Source of the DNA: Candidatus Gottesmanbacteria bacterium RIFCSPLOWO2_01_FULL_42_22 | Lineage (GTDB): Bacteria; Patescibacteriota; Microgenomatia; 2-02-FULL-39-11 | Reading direction: 5' to 3' | Assembly (NCBI GenBank): GCA_001779315.1 | Contig: MFJU01000004.1 | Span: 6,753 to 70,752 of the forward strand | Length of the DNA stretch: 64,000 bases | Shown here: piece by piece, positions 9,772-19,727 of the stretch | Numbering within the stretch: position 1 is the first letter of the stretch | Layout: every line of letters starts with the position of its first letter | Notes under the pieces: model-generated | What the model was told of the DNA's origin: nothing | Database searches by the model: none | The model's input: only the letters and a program-made list of their open reading frames with translations | Translations under genes and position numbers: made by a program

Positions 9772-9830
9772 AAAATCATATAGGGACGGTCCTTTGATAT
9801 ACCGTCAGGACAATCCGGAAATTAATTACT

Positions 9831-10880
9831 TTATAACTCCAATATTTTTTTATAAACTGATTCGTAATCGGCAACCATTTTTTCCTTTGAGAAATTCTCC
9901 ACGACCCGAGCTCTGCAATCACCTCTTTGTATCCTGTCAATTTCCCTGACCGCATGCACCAGGCCGCCAACCCCGGACTCCGTATCAACCGTAAAACCGG
10001 TTTTGCCGTCCTCAACAATCTCGGGGACCGAACCGCAGTTGTAGGCAACTACCGGTGTTCCACAGGCCATTGACTCGACCATCACCAGGCCGAACGGTTC
10101 ATGCCAGGTAATCGGAAAAAGGGTACAGATCGCATTGCCGTACAGACCGCTCGATGTCTCATGGTTTATCTCTCCGATAAAACTGACTTGTTTGCCGTCG
10201 ATCAAAGGTTTAATTTCATTTTCATAATACGCTCTGTCCGCCGGATCGATGGCCGCCGCGATGACCAGCGGCAGATTCAGTTTCCGGGCCGTCTCGATGG
10301 CCGGCAAAGGGCCTTTTTTTTCGACAATCCGTCCTACCCACAACAGATATTCGCCTTTGGTTTTTTCCACATACTCAAATTGGGAAATATCAATACCGTT
10401 ATAGACCGTCGCCGCAAAATTAAGTTCCCTCATGCCCAGCCTTTGGTTTTCGGAGATGCTGATAAAATTAAAGTGCTTAAAAGTCTCCAACACCCTTCTC
10501 TTTTCTTTGGGAATTTCACCCGGATAATATGAACCGTGGATCGTATGGACAACTGGAGTTTTAGAGAATTCAGCCTGGAACATGGCCAGATACTGGGCGT
10601 GGTTGTGGATGATGTCAAATTCATCTGCTCTTCGAAAACATTCCCGGTAATGGATCAGCGGCAAATACGGCAGGTCCTTGTTAAATCCGCTGTTGCCCAA
10701 TCCTTCCGGATAGACGCTGACCAGTTTAGCCCGGGTCTGGCTGTCGCCGCTGGCAAATAAAGTGACATCATGGCCCCGGTCGACCAGACCGTCAGCCAAT
10801 AGGGAAACGATTTTCTCTGTCCCTCCGTAAGCTTTCGGAGGCACGGATAAATAAGGCGGAGCTAAGATACCGATTTTCAT
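9831..10880 (-). CDS. Glycosyltransferase family 4
   Basis: VPPKAYGGTE, GHDVTLFASGDS, WHEPFGLVMVESMACGTPV. Confidence 0.93.
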   Translation of the reverse strand: MKIGILAPPYLSVPPKAYGGTEKIVSLLADGLVDRGHDVTLFASGDSQTRAKLVSVYPEGLGNSGFNKDLPYLPLIHYRECFRRADEFDIIHNHAQYLAMFQAEFSKTPVVHTIHGSYYPGEIPKEKRRVLETFKHFNFISISENQRLGMRELNFAATVYNGIDISQFEYVEKTKGEYLLWVGRIVEKKGPLPAIETARKLNLPLVIAAAIDPADRAYYENEIKPLIDGKQVSFIGEINHETSSGLYGNAICTLFPITWHEPFGLVMVESMACGTPVVAYNCGSVPEIVEDGKTGFTVDTESGVGGLVHAVREIDRIQRGDCRARVVENFSKEKMVADYESVYKKILEL

Positions 10881-10977
10881 CTCTTATTCTATTCTATCCT
10901 AACAATAATCTTGGGGACAACATTATTATTAAATTCAGAGACATTCAGTTATAATACAGGGCCTTGTAGCGATCTAT

Positions 10978-11655
10978 ATGAAAAAAAGCGGCGTTATCTA
11001 TACCCATAACCTGAAAAAAATAAAACCGCTGTCGGAAAGAAAAACTTCCCCTGCCTGGGGAATAAAAGTCGTTTTTCTTCTAATCATGATAGCTTTTTTT
11101 TGGTCAAAACAAACCCGGATAGCCGGTTCGAGACTGGCCGAGTTTGTAATATCAAACACTCCGACTCCGTCACCGACTGCCACTGCCACCCCCACTCCCA
11201 CACCGACTCCGGTCATCCTTCCCTCAAGGCTGATTATTGATAAGCTGGGAATTGAAGCCGAAATCGAATATGTAGGAGCTGATGAAAACGGCAAGATGGG
11301 AGTTCCCTCAAATTGGGACAATGTGGCTTGGTATCGGGCTGGGCCTGTACCGGGTCAGATGGGCAATATGGTTATAGCCGGCCATTATGACACAAACCGG
11401 GGCAAACCGGCAGTTTTTTATCATTTGGAAAGTCTGGAACCCGGGGACATAATCCGGATTTCTAAAGTTGATGGAAGCTTACTCTCCTATCAGGTGACTA
11501 GTAGGGAAATTTTTCCGCTTAGGGAGGTACCTGTTGATTATATTTTCGGTTCAAAAGATACCTCTCAATTAATATTGATAACCTGCAACGGTTACTTCAA
11601 TAGGGGTATAAAAAGTTACTCCCACCGCATCGCCGTCTTCGCGGAACTTTTATAA
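10978..11655 (+). CDS. Class F sortase
   Basis: TM and PT linker; VAWY..GPVPGQMGNMVIAGH, LILITC, HRIAV (H/C/R triad). Confidence 0.9.
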   Translation: MKKSGVIYTHNLKKIKPLSERKTSPAWGIKVVFLLIMIAFFWSKQTRIAGSRLAEFVISNTPTPSPTATATPTPTPTPVILPSRLIIDKLGIEAEIEYVGADENGKMGVPSNWDNVAWYRAGPVPGQMGNMVIAGHYDTNRGKPAVFYHLESLEPGDIIRISKVDGSLLSYQVTSREIFPLREVPVDYIFGSKDTSQLILITCNGYFNRGIKSYSHRIAVFAELL

Positions 11656-11656
11656 T

Positions 11657-11712
11657 AACCGTTAACCGTTAACCGACAACCTGGGAGGTTACCCAGCCTC
11701 GCAACCTGGGGA
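11657..11712. repeat. Short intergenic repeats: (AACCGTT)n and AACCTGGGAGGTT-type palindrome
   Basis: aaccgttaaccgttaaccg, then CAACCTGGG twice, between convergent genes. Confidence 0.45.
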
Positions 11713-11716
11713 AATT

Positions 11717-12148
11717 TCAGAAGGGGTTCAAGACTTCGATATCTTTTATTTCCTCAAAATCCGTATCATCAGAAATAATTGTCTTTATCTTATAAGTTTT
11801 CATATAAGCTACCAAAAATAAATCATAAACATAAATTTTTGGTTCCGAATTCATTAGCGAAATAAAAGATTTGAAAACAGCTTCATTCGGATATAGCACC
11901 CGCAAATTAGACCGCTGACTAAACAAATCAAGATCTTTGGCAATTTCCTTTTTGGATATTTTGAAATGTCTGGAAAAAACCGCCGAATATTCCAATAAAT
12001 TTTGGACTGTTAAAAATATGGTTGATGCTTTTTCTTCCAAATCATCAATTATCTCAAGCGTTCTTTTATGTTTAGCTGATTTCTTATCCTGCGAATAAAC
12101 AAGGATATTAGTATCAAGGAGATATTTTTTTCCGGAGATAATCATCAT
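11717..12148 (-). CDS. PIN-domain (VapC-like) toxin
   Basis: YLLDTNILVY, QNLLEY, YDLFLVA, ISDDTDF...VLNPF. Confidence 0.9.
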   Translation of the reverse strand: MMIISGKKYLLDTNILVYSQDKKSAKHKRTLEIIDDLEEKASTIFLTVQNLLEYSAVFSRHFKISKKEIAKDLDLFSQRSNLRVLYPNEAVFKSFISLMNSEPKIYVYDLFLVAYMKTYKIKTIISDDTDFEEIKDIEVLNPF

Positions 12149-12371
12149 AGATATCTTCTCTTTCTATCTTATTAATTCCTATACTGTATTTTCCCAACAA
12201 ATCAGTAAGTTTTTTTGCTTTTTTCTTTTTAAGAGTAATCCCGAATATCTCTTGTTTTAATCCCTGCTTCACCAAACCGGAGACACTCGTCTGTCTTTCC
12301 ACGGCAGTCAGTTTAGCGGCTTTTAACAAATCTTTAGGAATTATGACTGTAGTTCTGACATTTATATCCAT
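12114..12371 (-). CDS. Ribbon-helix-helix antitoxin (VapB-like)
   Basis: VRTTVIIPKDLLKAAKLTAVERQTSVSGLV; overlaps the PIN gene. Confidence 0.85.
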   Translation of the reverse strand: MDINVRTTVIIPKDLLKAAKLTAVERQTSVSGLVKQGLKQEIFGITLKKKKAKKLTDLLGKYSIGINKIEREDIYDDYLRKKISP

Positions 12372-12377
12372 AATATA

Positions 12378-12409
12378 ATCATACTAACATACAAACATAC
12401 TTATGTCAA
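12378..12409 (-). promoter_or_regulatory. Promoter/operator of the TA pair
   Basis: Minus strand TTGACA followed by GTATGTT-GTATGTT-GTATGAT direct repeats just upstream of the antitoxin ATG. Confidence 0.5.
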
Positions 12410-12427
12410 TCTCACTATTGGATTGAT

Positions 12428-12545
12428 ACTGTTCAGAGTTACGGACACAAAGTCATCCTGGTAAGCGAGGAAAGAGCGCATCCAGGATCCGTCGGGGATT
12501 CTGGACAAGCCAGAATGTCGATATTTGCCAGCGATTCTGAACAGT
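12428..12545. mobile_element. MITE/REP-like element with 10-bp terminal inverted repeats
   Basis: ACTGTTCAGA (12428-37) / TCTGAACAGT (12536-45) enclose two hairpins, ATCCTGG...CCAGGAT and ATTCTGG-acaag-CCAGAAT. Confidence 0.5.
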
Positions 12546-12618
12546 TACATTGGATCTAACTTTCACAATTCCGAATCGTTACATGTATATGCGTGATTCT
12601 GTAATTGATTGATGTAAT

Positions 12619-13020
12619 TTATTCTTTAACAATTTTCTTTGTTGAAGATTTGGAGAAGAAATAAATTATCCAACTTACTAGTGCCAAATCAGCTATTAAA
12701 TAATGACTGGAAAGAAAATCAGGAGTTAAACTTGAAGTACAAAATCTTGGAAAAAAAGGTTTAACTCCTCCATAACTGGGATTATCATTAGATGACTTTG
12801 ACACGATAGCCCTTCCCCAGGGGACTAAATATGAAAAATCTCTTTCAGTTCTGAAAGTACATCCGTTACCATAGATAAAAATTGGCAATCTGCTTACTAT
12901 AGCAAGAATAGACAATAAAATAGCTAATTTCAAGACTTTACTCCAGGGTTTTGAACGGATGACTATATAAATTATTACGGCTGTAATTCCTAATACCAAT
13001 GAAGAATAAAAGGCATACAT
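12619..13020 (-). CDS. Hypothetical membrane protein
   Basis: 133 aa, three hydrophobic segments, AT-rich. Confidence 0.65.
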   Translation of the reverse strand: MYAFYSSLVLGITAVIIYIVIRSKPWSKVLKLAILLSILAIVSRLPIFIYGNGCTFRTERDFSYLVPWGRAIVSKSSNDNPSYGGVKPFFPRFCTSSLTPDFLSSHYLIADLALVSWIIYFFSKSSTKKIVKE

Positions 13021-13056
13021 ATTTCTAATATATCATAATGGGGAAATGAAATTTTA

Positions 13057-13665
13057 CTATTTCCTTATCAGTAAATTTCTCAGAGCGTTTAATACTCTTT
13101 GTTTCATTGTTTTTTTGGATATATGATTATTGAAAACCATATCGAAATGCTCTGCTGTATTTTTTTGGGATTCATCAGAATAAGTAATATTAGTTTCTGA
13201 GCCTAATCCTGTCCTATTTGCAAATCTTGTTTGGACAGTTTCATCACTTATATCTATTTGCCAGCGGTCCAGATTGGGATAGTTAGTGGCGGCTCTGACC
13301 AGAGATCCGTTTTCATCTCTTACCCAAAAAAGCCTGTCTTCCCTGGTTGTTTGCTTTACCCCCCTTCTCTTTATTTCGTTTTCTTCAACCAGAACATCAG
13401 GGACTACTACCATATCATAATAAATTTGGGAATTGTCAGGTGCTCCTTCCCTGGCTATTTCAGCAAAATTCTCGGATAATATTACGTCGATGTTATAAGC
13501 CTTTTCCATCTCGCCGGTATTTGCATATCCCCGGCTTCTTGCCAATTCCTTTAATTTAGCTTCAAAAAAATTTCTTGCTGTCTGAGGTGTAGCTAAAGCT
13601 TCAACAATTGAATTAGGCCTTTCAGACGAACTGCTCTCTATAGGAATTGGCGTTAATTCTGACAT
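13057..13665 (-). CDS. Hypothetical protein
   Basis: 202-aa ORF with no recognised motif. Confidence 0.7.
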   Translation of the reverse strand: MSELTPIPIESSSSERPNSIVEALATPQTARNFFEAKLKELARSRGYANTGEMEKAYNIDVILSENFAEIAREGAPDNSQIYYDMVVVPDVLVEENEIKRRGVKQTTREDRLFWVRDENGSLVRAATNYPNLDRWQIDISDETVQTRFANRTGLGSETNITYSDESQKNTAEHFDMVFNNHISKKTMKQRVLNALRNLLIRK

Positions 13666-13772
13666 AATAATTAAAGCTTAACAGTTATTTACAAAATTTC
13701 AAACATACGGGATTTCTCAAACTTATTTTACTTATTGAAGTCGATATTTGACAATAGTACTAAAAATAGACT

Positions 13773-14011
13773 TTATATTTTAAAACCAATTGGACAGATT
13801 CCAATCTTGGGCTCCTCCATAATTTCCCTGGGCGATCCTATATTTTTTAAAAAGAATTCGTTTCTTTCTATATCATCGGCTGTTAAGTATTGAGATGAAC
13901 AGTCATTTTTATATTCAAACTGATAATGCCCGGGGGTCAAATTCATTCAGCTAAAAAATAAAAAAAGTACAAAGGTAGGGGAATTAATAAAATTATTTTA
14001 ATAATGTTCAT
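13773..14011 (-). pseudogene. Possible degraded small exported-protein gene
   Basis: MNIIKIILLIPLPLYFFYFLAE* is followed after T7/T6 tracts by an out-of-frame 58-codon ORF MNLTPGHYQFEYKNDCSSQ. Confidence 0.3.
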
Positions 14012-14021
14012 AAAAATTAAA

Positions 14022-15086
14022 TTAAACAATCTTCTTCAAGGCCTCCTCATAATCTTTTACCATCTTCTCTACCGTGAAGTTTTCCATACAATGGTTGCGG
14101 CAATCCGAGCGCTTGATTGAATCAATTTTCTTGATTGTTTCCGTCATCTCCTCTTCACTGTTATTTTCTATTACAAAACCTGTCTTTCCATCAACTACTA
14201 CTTCAGGAATTGCCCCATTGGCAAAGGCGACTACCGGGGTGCCGCAGGCCATCGCTTCAATCATCACCAGACCAAAAGGCTCCTCCCACAGGATGGGAAA
14301 AAGAAAGGCTTTAGCGTTCTGGTAAAGTTCTACTTTTTTATAAAAATCCAGCTCCCCGAACCATTGTACCTGTTCTCCGTCAATATCCTTTTTGAGTTCC
14401 TCAAAATAATCCTGGTCGCGGATTTTGCCGGCCAAAATAAGTTTCAAACCCAGTTTTTTGGCAATTCTGACTGCCGCCCCCTGGTTTTTATGCCGGCCGA
14501 TTGTCCCCATCATCAGCAGATACTCTCCGCCAGCCGGCGGTCTGGGATGCGGATTGAATGTATATTTTTCCGTATCGGCACAGTTATAGACGGTGGCCAA
14601 ATAATTCAAATCAGGAAAATCTTTCCGCTGGCTGTTACTGATAGTGATTATATGAGTGTTATATGTTTTGAATAAGTTTGATAGCTGCGGAAAAAGGGGC
14701 AAATGCATGACGTTGACAAAAGGCTTTCCTAAGTGCATTACCAGAGGCAGAAAAACCGCTTCCCCCCGCATGTTATTCAAAATCAGATCATACCCGTCTT
14801 TTAGGTCAGTCAGCATTTGCATCGTTTCGGCGAGATGAACATTTTCCAGCCTCAATTTTCTAGAAGCTTCTGTCTCTTCCTTGCCTGCCGCAGTTTCGAT
14901 GGATACGGGTTGTCCTACTTCAATTAACTTAAATCCTTCCTCCTGTGATCCTCTCGAGGCAATCAGTATGATTTCATGACCGAGTTTGGCTAAGCCGCGG
15001 GCCTGGTAGTAGGCTATCCATTCCGTACCGCCCTGCTTTGGCGGCGGCACCGGTAATGCCACTGATCCTAAAATTGCTATCCTCAT
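14022..15086 (-). CDS. Glycosyltransferase family 4
   Basis: VPPPKQGGTE, WEEPFGLVMIEAMACGTPV; paralog of 9831..10880. Confidence 0.93.
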   Translation of the reverse strand: MRIAILGSVALPVPPPKQGGTEWIAYYQARGLAKLGHEIILIASRGSQEEGFKLIEVGQPVSIETAAGKEETEASRKLRLENVHLAETMQMLTDLKDGYDLILNNMRGEAVFLPLVMHLGKPFVNVMHLPLFPQLSNLFKTYNTHIITISNSQRKDFPDLNYLATVYNCADTEKYTFNPHPRPPAGGEYLLMMGTIGRHKNQGAAVRIAKKLGLKLILAGKIRDQDYFEELKKDIDGEQVQWFGELDFYKKVELYQNAKAFLFPILWEEPFGLVMIEAMACGTPVVAFANGAIPEVVVDGKTGFVIENNSEEEMTETIKKIDSIKRSDCRNHCMENFTVEKMVKDYEEALKKIV

Positions 15087-15100
15087 TATTAGAGTATAAC

Positions 15101-16312
15101 TTATCCGATCTTCAACTGCTTATGCTTGGGGCCGTTGTGGTTTTTAACCTTTGGAAAGTAGGCAAAGCGCATATACATCAGGATAAAGCGGTGGGCAATT
15201 GTTTCCCAGGAAAATTTTTCCTCGACAATTCTTCGGGCATTTTCCGCCATCTTATCCCTTTTTTCTTCATTGGATAAAAGTTTATTGACCTTGGCGGCAA
15301 TCTCCGTGGCATTTTTCGGCCTCACAAAAAAGCCGTTTACCCCGTCCTTGACAGCCAACGGTATCCCGCCTTTGCGGGTGACGACTACCGGCGTCTTGCA
15401 TGACATCGCTTCCAGAATGACCAAACCTAAGGGTTCATCCCAGACGGAAGGCGCCACAAAGACATCAGCCCGGTTATAAAATTTGCGCAGTTCGTCCCCT
15501 TCGGCTACATGCCCGATAAAATGGATATTGGACAGTTCCAGTGATCTGGTTTTCTCCTCGAGATATTGTCGCTCCGGGCCTTCCCCGACAATAACGATTT
15601 CGGCATTAATCTTTTTGGCAGCGGCAATCAGATAGCGGACTCCCTTGTAATGAGTCAGTTTTCCGGCAAACAGGACGACTTTTTTACCTGTCAAATGGTA
15701 CTTCTTATCAATATCGTCAGTGGCTAAATTCGGATTGAATTTTCTGACATCGACGCCTCCCGGGATGACTCTGACTTCAGAACGGAATTCGTCGCCGAAG
15801 ACTTTAAAAAGCCACTCTTTAGTCCAAAATGAGTTAGGTACGATCCTTCTAGCACGGCGCAGCGCATCCCCTGTCAAAGCCAGATAGCGCTTGTCTTTCT
15901 GGACGGTCGGCAGTTCCGAACCGTGGATGGAAATAACATAGGGTATCTGATAAACGCTTTTGATGACGCGGGCACACCATGATAATGGAAATGCGTGATG
16001 GACATGGATGATATTGGGGTTGAAATCCTCGACAGCCGCCCTGACACTATTGAGCATCTCTTCATACATCTCAATCAGATCATGGCTTGTAATATCGGTA
16101 TAAAGGATGGCATTCGGCCATTCCGGATGTCCGGTAAAGACAACCTGTTTGGAAGTTTTTAAAGGGTACAAGGTTACATTGGGAACATGCCTTGTATCAG
16201 GGGCGACCAAAGCGACTTTGAAATGCCGTCCGACCTCCTGGGCCAAATACCTGGCGTATGTGCCGGAACCTGACCCCCATAAAGGAAAGGTTTGTATATA
16301 CAGGATTTTCAT
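15101..16312 (-). CDS. Glycosyltransferase family 4
   Basis: GSGSGTY, FAGKLTHYKG, WDEPLGLVILEAMSCKTPV. Confidence 0.92.
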   Translation of the reverse strand: MKILYIQTFPLWGSGSGTYARYLAQEVGRHFKVALVAPDTRHVPNVTLYPLKTSKQVVFTGHPEWPNAILYTDITSHDLIEMYEEMLNSVRAAVEDFNPNIIHVHHAFPLSWCARVIKSVYQIPYVISIHGSELPTVQKDKRYLALTGDALRRARRIVPNSFWTKEWLFKVFGDEFRSEVRVIPGGVDVRKFNPNLATDDIDKKYHLTGKKVVLFAGKLTHYKGVRYLIAAAKKINAEIVIVGEGPERQYLEEKTRSLELSNIHFIGHVAEGDELRKFYNRADVFVAPSVWDEPLGLVILEAMSCKTPVVVTRKGGIPLAVKDGVNGFFVRPKNATEIAAKVNKLLSNEEKRDKMAENARRIVEEKFSWETIAHRFILMYMRFAYFPKVKNHNGPKHKQLKIG

Positions 16313-16379
16313 TTAGTCTGTTCGCAATTTATCGGTCTAGTCCCACAATTTTATTTTATTTATGGATTTAAATGCAAAT

Positions 16380-17219
16380 TTAGTGCTGGCGGAAATAAAT
16401 TTGAGGGAAAAAAACGGATCCGGCCAGATGCCTTTTTAATCTCCAAGGCTCTTTGACAAGCCGGTAAGCCCATTCCCACCCGCTGTCCCTCAGCCACTTC
16501 GGCGCCCGTTTGGCCTTGCCTGACAAATAATCAAAACTGCCCCCGACGGCCATCATGACCAGCGGTTTTCCCCAATTTGACTGTTGCATTTTTTCTTTTA
16601 ATTTTTGAATGAAAAATTCCTGCTTGGGGAAACCCAGGGCAACGAAAAGAACATCAATCTTTCTCTGCTCAATCGCGTTTATCAAATTCTCGAAATATTT
16701 TTCGCTATTAATTACTTTCCCCTTATTATAATTTAGGATTTCGAATTCCGAATTCCGAATTTTTATTTCCGGTTCTCCCAGGACGTCAATTTTCAGTCCC
16801 TGGTTAAGTTTGCGTAAGCACTCTGCTGTCTGGACTGCCAATCCGGTCCTGCCCCCTATAAGTCCTATTCTGTCGTTCCTTTTCACTGCCTGACGGCACA
16901 ATGAAAGCATAAAATCAACACCGGAAATTCTCCGGATTTTCAATTTATATTTTTTTTCAACTGCCCAGACAATGCCGGCACCGTCGGGAAGATTGATTTG
17001 GCCTGTATTGACAGTCTGTCTAAACGTCTTATTTTTTTCGGCGAAAACTACAATTTCCGGGTTCGGGGTAAAAATAACCAGCGGTTTTACCCCGTCACTT
17101 TTGCCTTTTGCCTTTCGACTTTTGCCATTTTTAAAGTACTTATCGATTTTCTCCAGGATAGAATATTCATTTTCTGTAGTTATTTTCACGCCTAGAATTT
17201 TTATGGTGTTTTGAGACAT
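16380..17219 (-). CDS. WecB/TagA/CpsF family glycosyltransferase (GT26)
   Basis: FTPNPE, PDGAGI, RISGVDF, FVALGFPKQE, VGGSFD, RAPKW...EWAYRL..EPWR. Confidence 0.93.
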   Translation of the reverse strand: MSQNTIKILGVKITTENEYSILEKIDKYFKNGKSRKAKGKSDGVKPLVIFTPNPEIVVFAEKNKTFRQTVNTGQINLPDGAGIVWAVEKKYKLKIRRISGVDFMLSLCRQAVKRNDRIGLIGGRTGLAVQTAECLRKLNQGLKIDVLGEPEIKIRNSEFEILNYNKGKVINSEKYFENLINAIEQRKIDVLFVALGFPKQEFFIQKLKEKMQQSNWGKPLVMMAVGGSFDYLSGKAKRAPKWLRDSGWEWAYRLVKEPWRLKRHLAGSVFFPQIYFRQH

Positions 17220-17476
17220 AAATTATTATCAATGTCTTATTTTCTAGAAGTATTTTTGTCTTTATTTATATTTATGAGTACAAATATTATCCGGGAAGTT
17301 TTATTATTTTAACAATCTAAATAATCATTAAAACACTTAAAGTTTAGCAGAAGATTTTATTTTCATCAATTATACTGTGATTTTTTATAAAAACCGTTCT
17401 TTATTCTATTTTTTTTAATCTTTTTAGCCTAAATATATTACTATAAAGTCTTATTCATAATTCATATATCTTATCT

Positions 17477-18502
17477 CTATCTTCTGGCAATAGATCTTTT
17501 ATACAAATCAATATTTTCCAGAGCAACGCCGGTCCCCCGCACCACACATAACAGAGGGTCTTCGGCTATATGGACAGCCACCCCTGTCGATTGCATGATC
17601 AGTTTATCCATATTGGTCAATAGCGCTGTCCCTCCTGACAGGACTATGCCTTTGTCGATAATATCCGAAGCCAGTTCCGGCGGTGTATTTTCCAAAACTT
17701 CCTTAATGCCGGAGATAATTGACTGGAGGGGATTCTCCAAAGCTGCCGAAATTTCCTCGCTGCTAATTTCAATCAACCTGGGAAGTCCGGACAAGCTATC
17801 CCTGCCTCTGACTTCCATTTTCCGGATATTTTTTCCGACAGAGGCTTTCGGCAGTGCATCGCCTATTTGGATTTTGGCCTCTTCGCTCATTCTCTCCCCG
17901 ATGATCAGATTAAATTTTTTCTTGATATAAGCACCTATCGCTTCATCCAAGCGGTTGCCGGCCACTCTCACCGAATGATGGACGACCACTCCTCCCAGAG
18001 AAATAACCGCCGCTTCGCTCGAACCGCCGCCTGTATCGACAATCATATTGCCGGAAGGCTGGGCGATGGGGATTTTTGCCCCTATGGCAGCTGCCAAGGG
18101 TTCTTCTATCAGATAAACTGTCCTGGCTCCGGCTGAAAGTGTAGCGTCCATGACTGCTCTTCTTTCTACCTGGGTACAGCCGGCCGGGATGCAAATCATG
18201 ACTTCGGGTTTGAAAAAGCGGGTTCTCCCACAAACCTTGTCCAGAAAATAGCGCAGCATGGCCTCCGTCACCACATAATCGGCTATCACTCCTTCTTTCA
18301 AAGGACGTGAAGCGACGATATTCCCAGGAGTCCGGCCGAGCATTTCGCGAGCCTCATTGCCGACTGCTACTACCCGGTTATCGTCAATTGATATCGCCAC
18401 TACCGTCGGTTCATTTAAGACAACTCCCTCCCCTGCCAGATAAACCAGGGAATTAGCCGTACCCAAATCAATACCAAGACGTTTGAAAAGCATATTTTCC
18501 AA
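17477..18502 (-). CDS. mreB: Rod shape-determining protein MreB
   Basis: GIDLGTAN, NEPTVVA, RPLKEGVIAD, IEEPLAAAIGA, PPELASDI, GIVLSGG. Confidence 0.97.
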   Translation of the reverse strand: MENMLFKRLGIDLGTANSLVYLAGEGVVLNEPTVVAISIDDNRVVAVGNEAREMLGRTPGNIVASRPLKEGVIADYVVTEAMLRYFLDKVCGRTRFFKPEVMICIPAGCTQVERRAVMDATLSAGARTVYLIEEPLAAAIGAKIPIAQPSGNMIVDTGGGSSEAAVISLGGVVVHHSVRVAGNRLDEAIGAYIKKKFNLIIGERMSEEAKIQIGDALPKASVGKNIRKMEVRGRDSLSGLPRLIEISSEEISAALENPLQSIISGIKEVLENTPPELASDIIDKGIVLSGGTALLTNMDKLIMQSTGVAVHIAEDPLLCVVRGTGVALENIDLYKRSIARR

Positions 18503-18543
18503 TTAATTCTACTGTTCCTATGCTATAATTACAACGCCTTCCG

Positions 18544-19725
18544 ATGCTTAAACGTCTTTTCCTATTTTTGTTTTCGCTTGTTCTGATTGCTGGTTTGACC
18601 GCCGCAGTTATCCTCTATGGCCGGGGTTACCGCTTTGATCCCAAAGATAAAACTATCAGTCCGACCGGCATTCTCTCTGTTTCCTCATATCCCGGAAAAT
18701 CTTCAATCTTTATCAACGGCAAATTAATTTCAGCCACCGATGCCTCACTGACTTTGCCGCCGGGCTGGTATGAAATCAAAATCAGCAAAGAGGGCTACCA
18801 GCCCTGGAAAAAAAGAATCAGGATCCAGGGTGAAGTTGTCAGCCAAATTGACGCTCTCCTCCTGCCTTTTAATCCGTCACTCAGAGCCATTACCTTTACC
18901 GGGGTCGTCTCCCCCCATCTCTCTCCTTCAGGCACGAAAGTCGCCTATTTGGTTAAAAGTAGCGAAGATGATCCGGCCACCGGCAAAAACCGTTCCGGCG
19001 TCTGGCTTTTGGAATTAAGAACCGGTCCTTTAGGCACGAAACCGGATCCCAAGCAGATGTTTTCCATCAATCCTGAGGGGGCAGAGCTTATATGGTCATA
19101 TGATGAAAAGGAAATTATGGTAGTTTTCCGTCCCGCTGCCCTTCCCATTCAACAAGCTTACCTTATGGAAACAGAAAGCGGCCTCTCCATTATGCCAATT
19201 GATGTCACCTTACGGGCAGAGGAAATACTCCAGGAATGGGAAGAAAGAAAAATGCTCAAACATAAATCAAGTCTTGCCTCCTTGCCTAAAAACATCAGGC
19301 AAATTTTGACTGAATCAGCAGACGGAATTAAATTTTCTCCTGATGAAAATAAAATCCTTTATCAGGCTACTGATTCCGCCAGCCTTAAGCTTGTCATAGA
19401 CCCGCCTCTTATCGGCAGCAATCCGACGGAAGAGACCAGAAAACTGGAAAAAGGAAAATATTATATCTACGACGCCAAGGAAGATAAGAATTATTTTTTG
19501 GCTGATACTTTACCGATCTGGTATACCGATTCAAAACACCTCATTCTGATAGACCTGGATAAGATAGCCGTGGTTGATTACGACGGCACCAACAAGCGTT
19601 CAGTTTATTCCGGTCCGTTTACGGATAATCTGGTTTTTCCGTGGACTTCTGGAGGCAAAATAGTTATCCTGACCAATATAAACAGCTCATCTTCAGCTGA
19701 TTTTTACGACGTCGACTTAAGATAA
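18544..19725 (+). CDS. PEGA domain-containing membrane protein with TolB-like repeats
   Basis: TM, YGRGYRFD, TGILSVSSYP...LPPGWYEIKISKEGYQPWKK (PEGA), SPSGTK / FSPDENK repeats. Confidence 0.85.
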   Translation: MLKRLFLFLFSLVLIAGLTAAVILYGRGYRFDPKDKTISPTGILSVSSYPGKSSIFINGKLISATDASLTLPPGWYEIKISKEGYQPWKKRIRIQGEVVSQIDALLLPFNPSLRAITFTGVVSPHLSPSGTKVAYLVKSSEDDPATGKNRSGVWLLELRTGPLGTKPDPKQMFSINPEGAELIWSYDEKEIMVVFRPAALPIQQAYLMETESGLSIMPIDVTLRAEEILQEWEERKMLKHKSSLASLPKNIRQILTESADGIKFSPDENKILYQATDSASLKLVIDPPLIGSNPTEETRKLEKGKYYIYDAKEDKNYFLADTLPIWYTDSKHLILIDLDKIAVVDYDGTNKRSVYSGPFTDNLVFPWTSGGKIVILTNINSSSSADFYDVDLR

Positions 19726-19727
19726 AT

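Noticed and set aside
13940-13950. In-frame TGA suggesting genetic code 25
   Set aside because: Many intact genes here end in TGA with tight overlaps (e.g. 2210, 6943), consistent with code 11.
17220-17476. Very AT-rich 257-bp gap as a replication origin
   Set aside because: No DnaA-box cluster or dnaA/dnaN nearby; more likely a promoter region.
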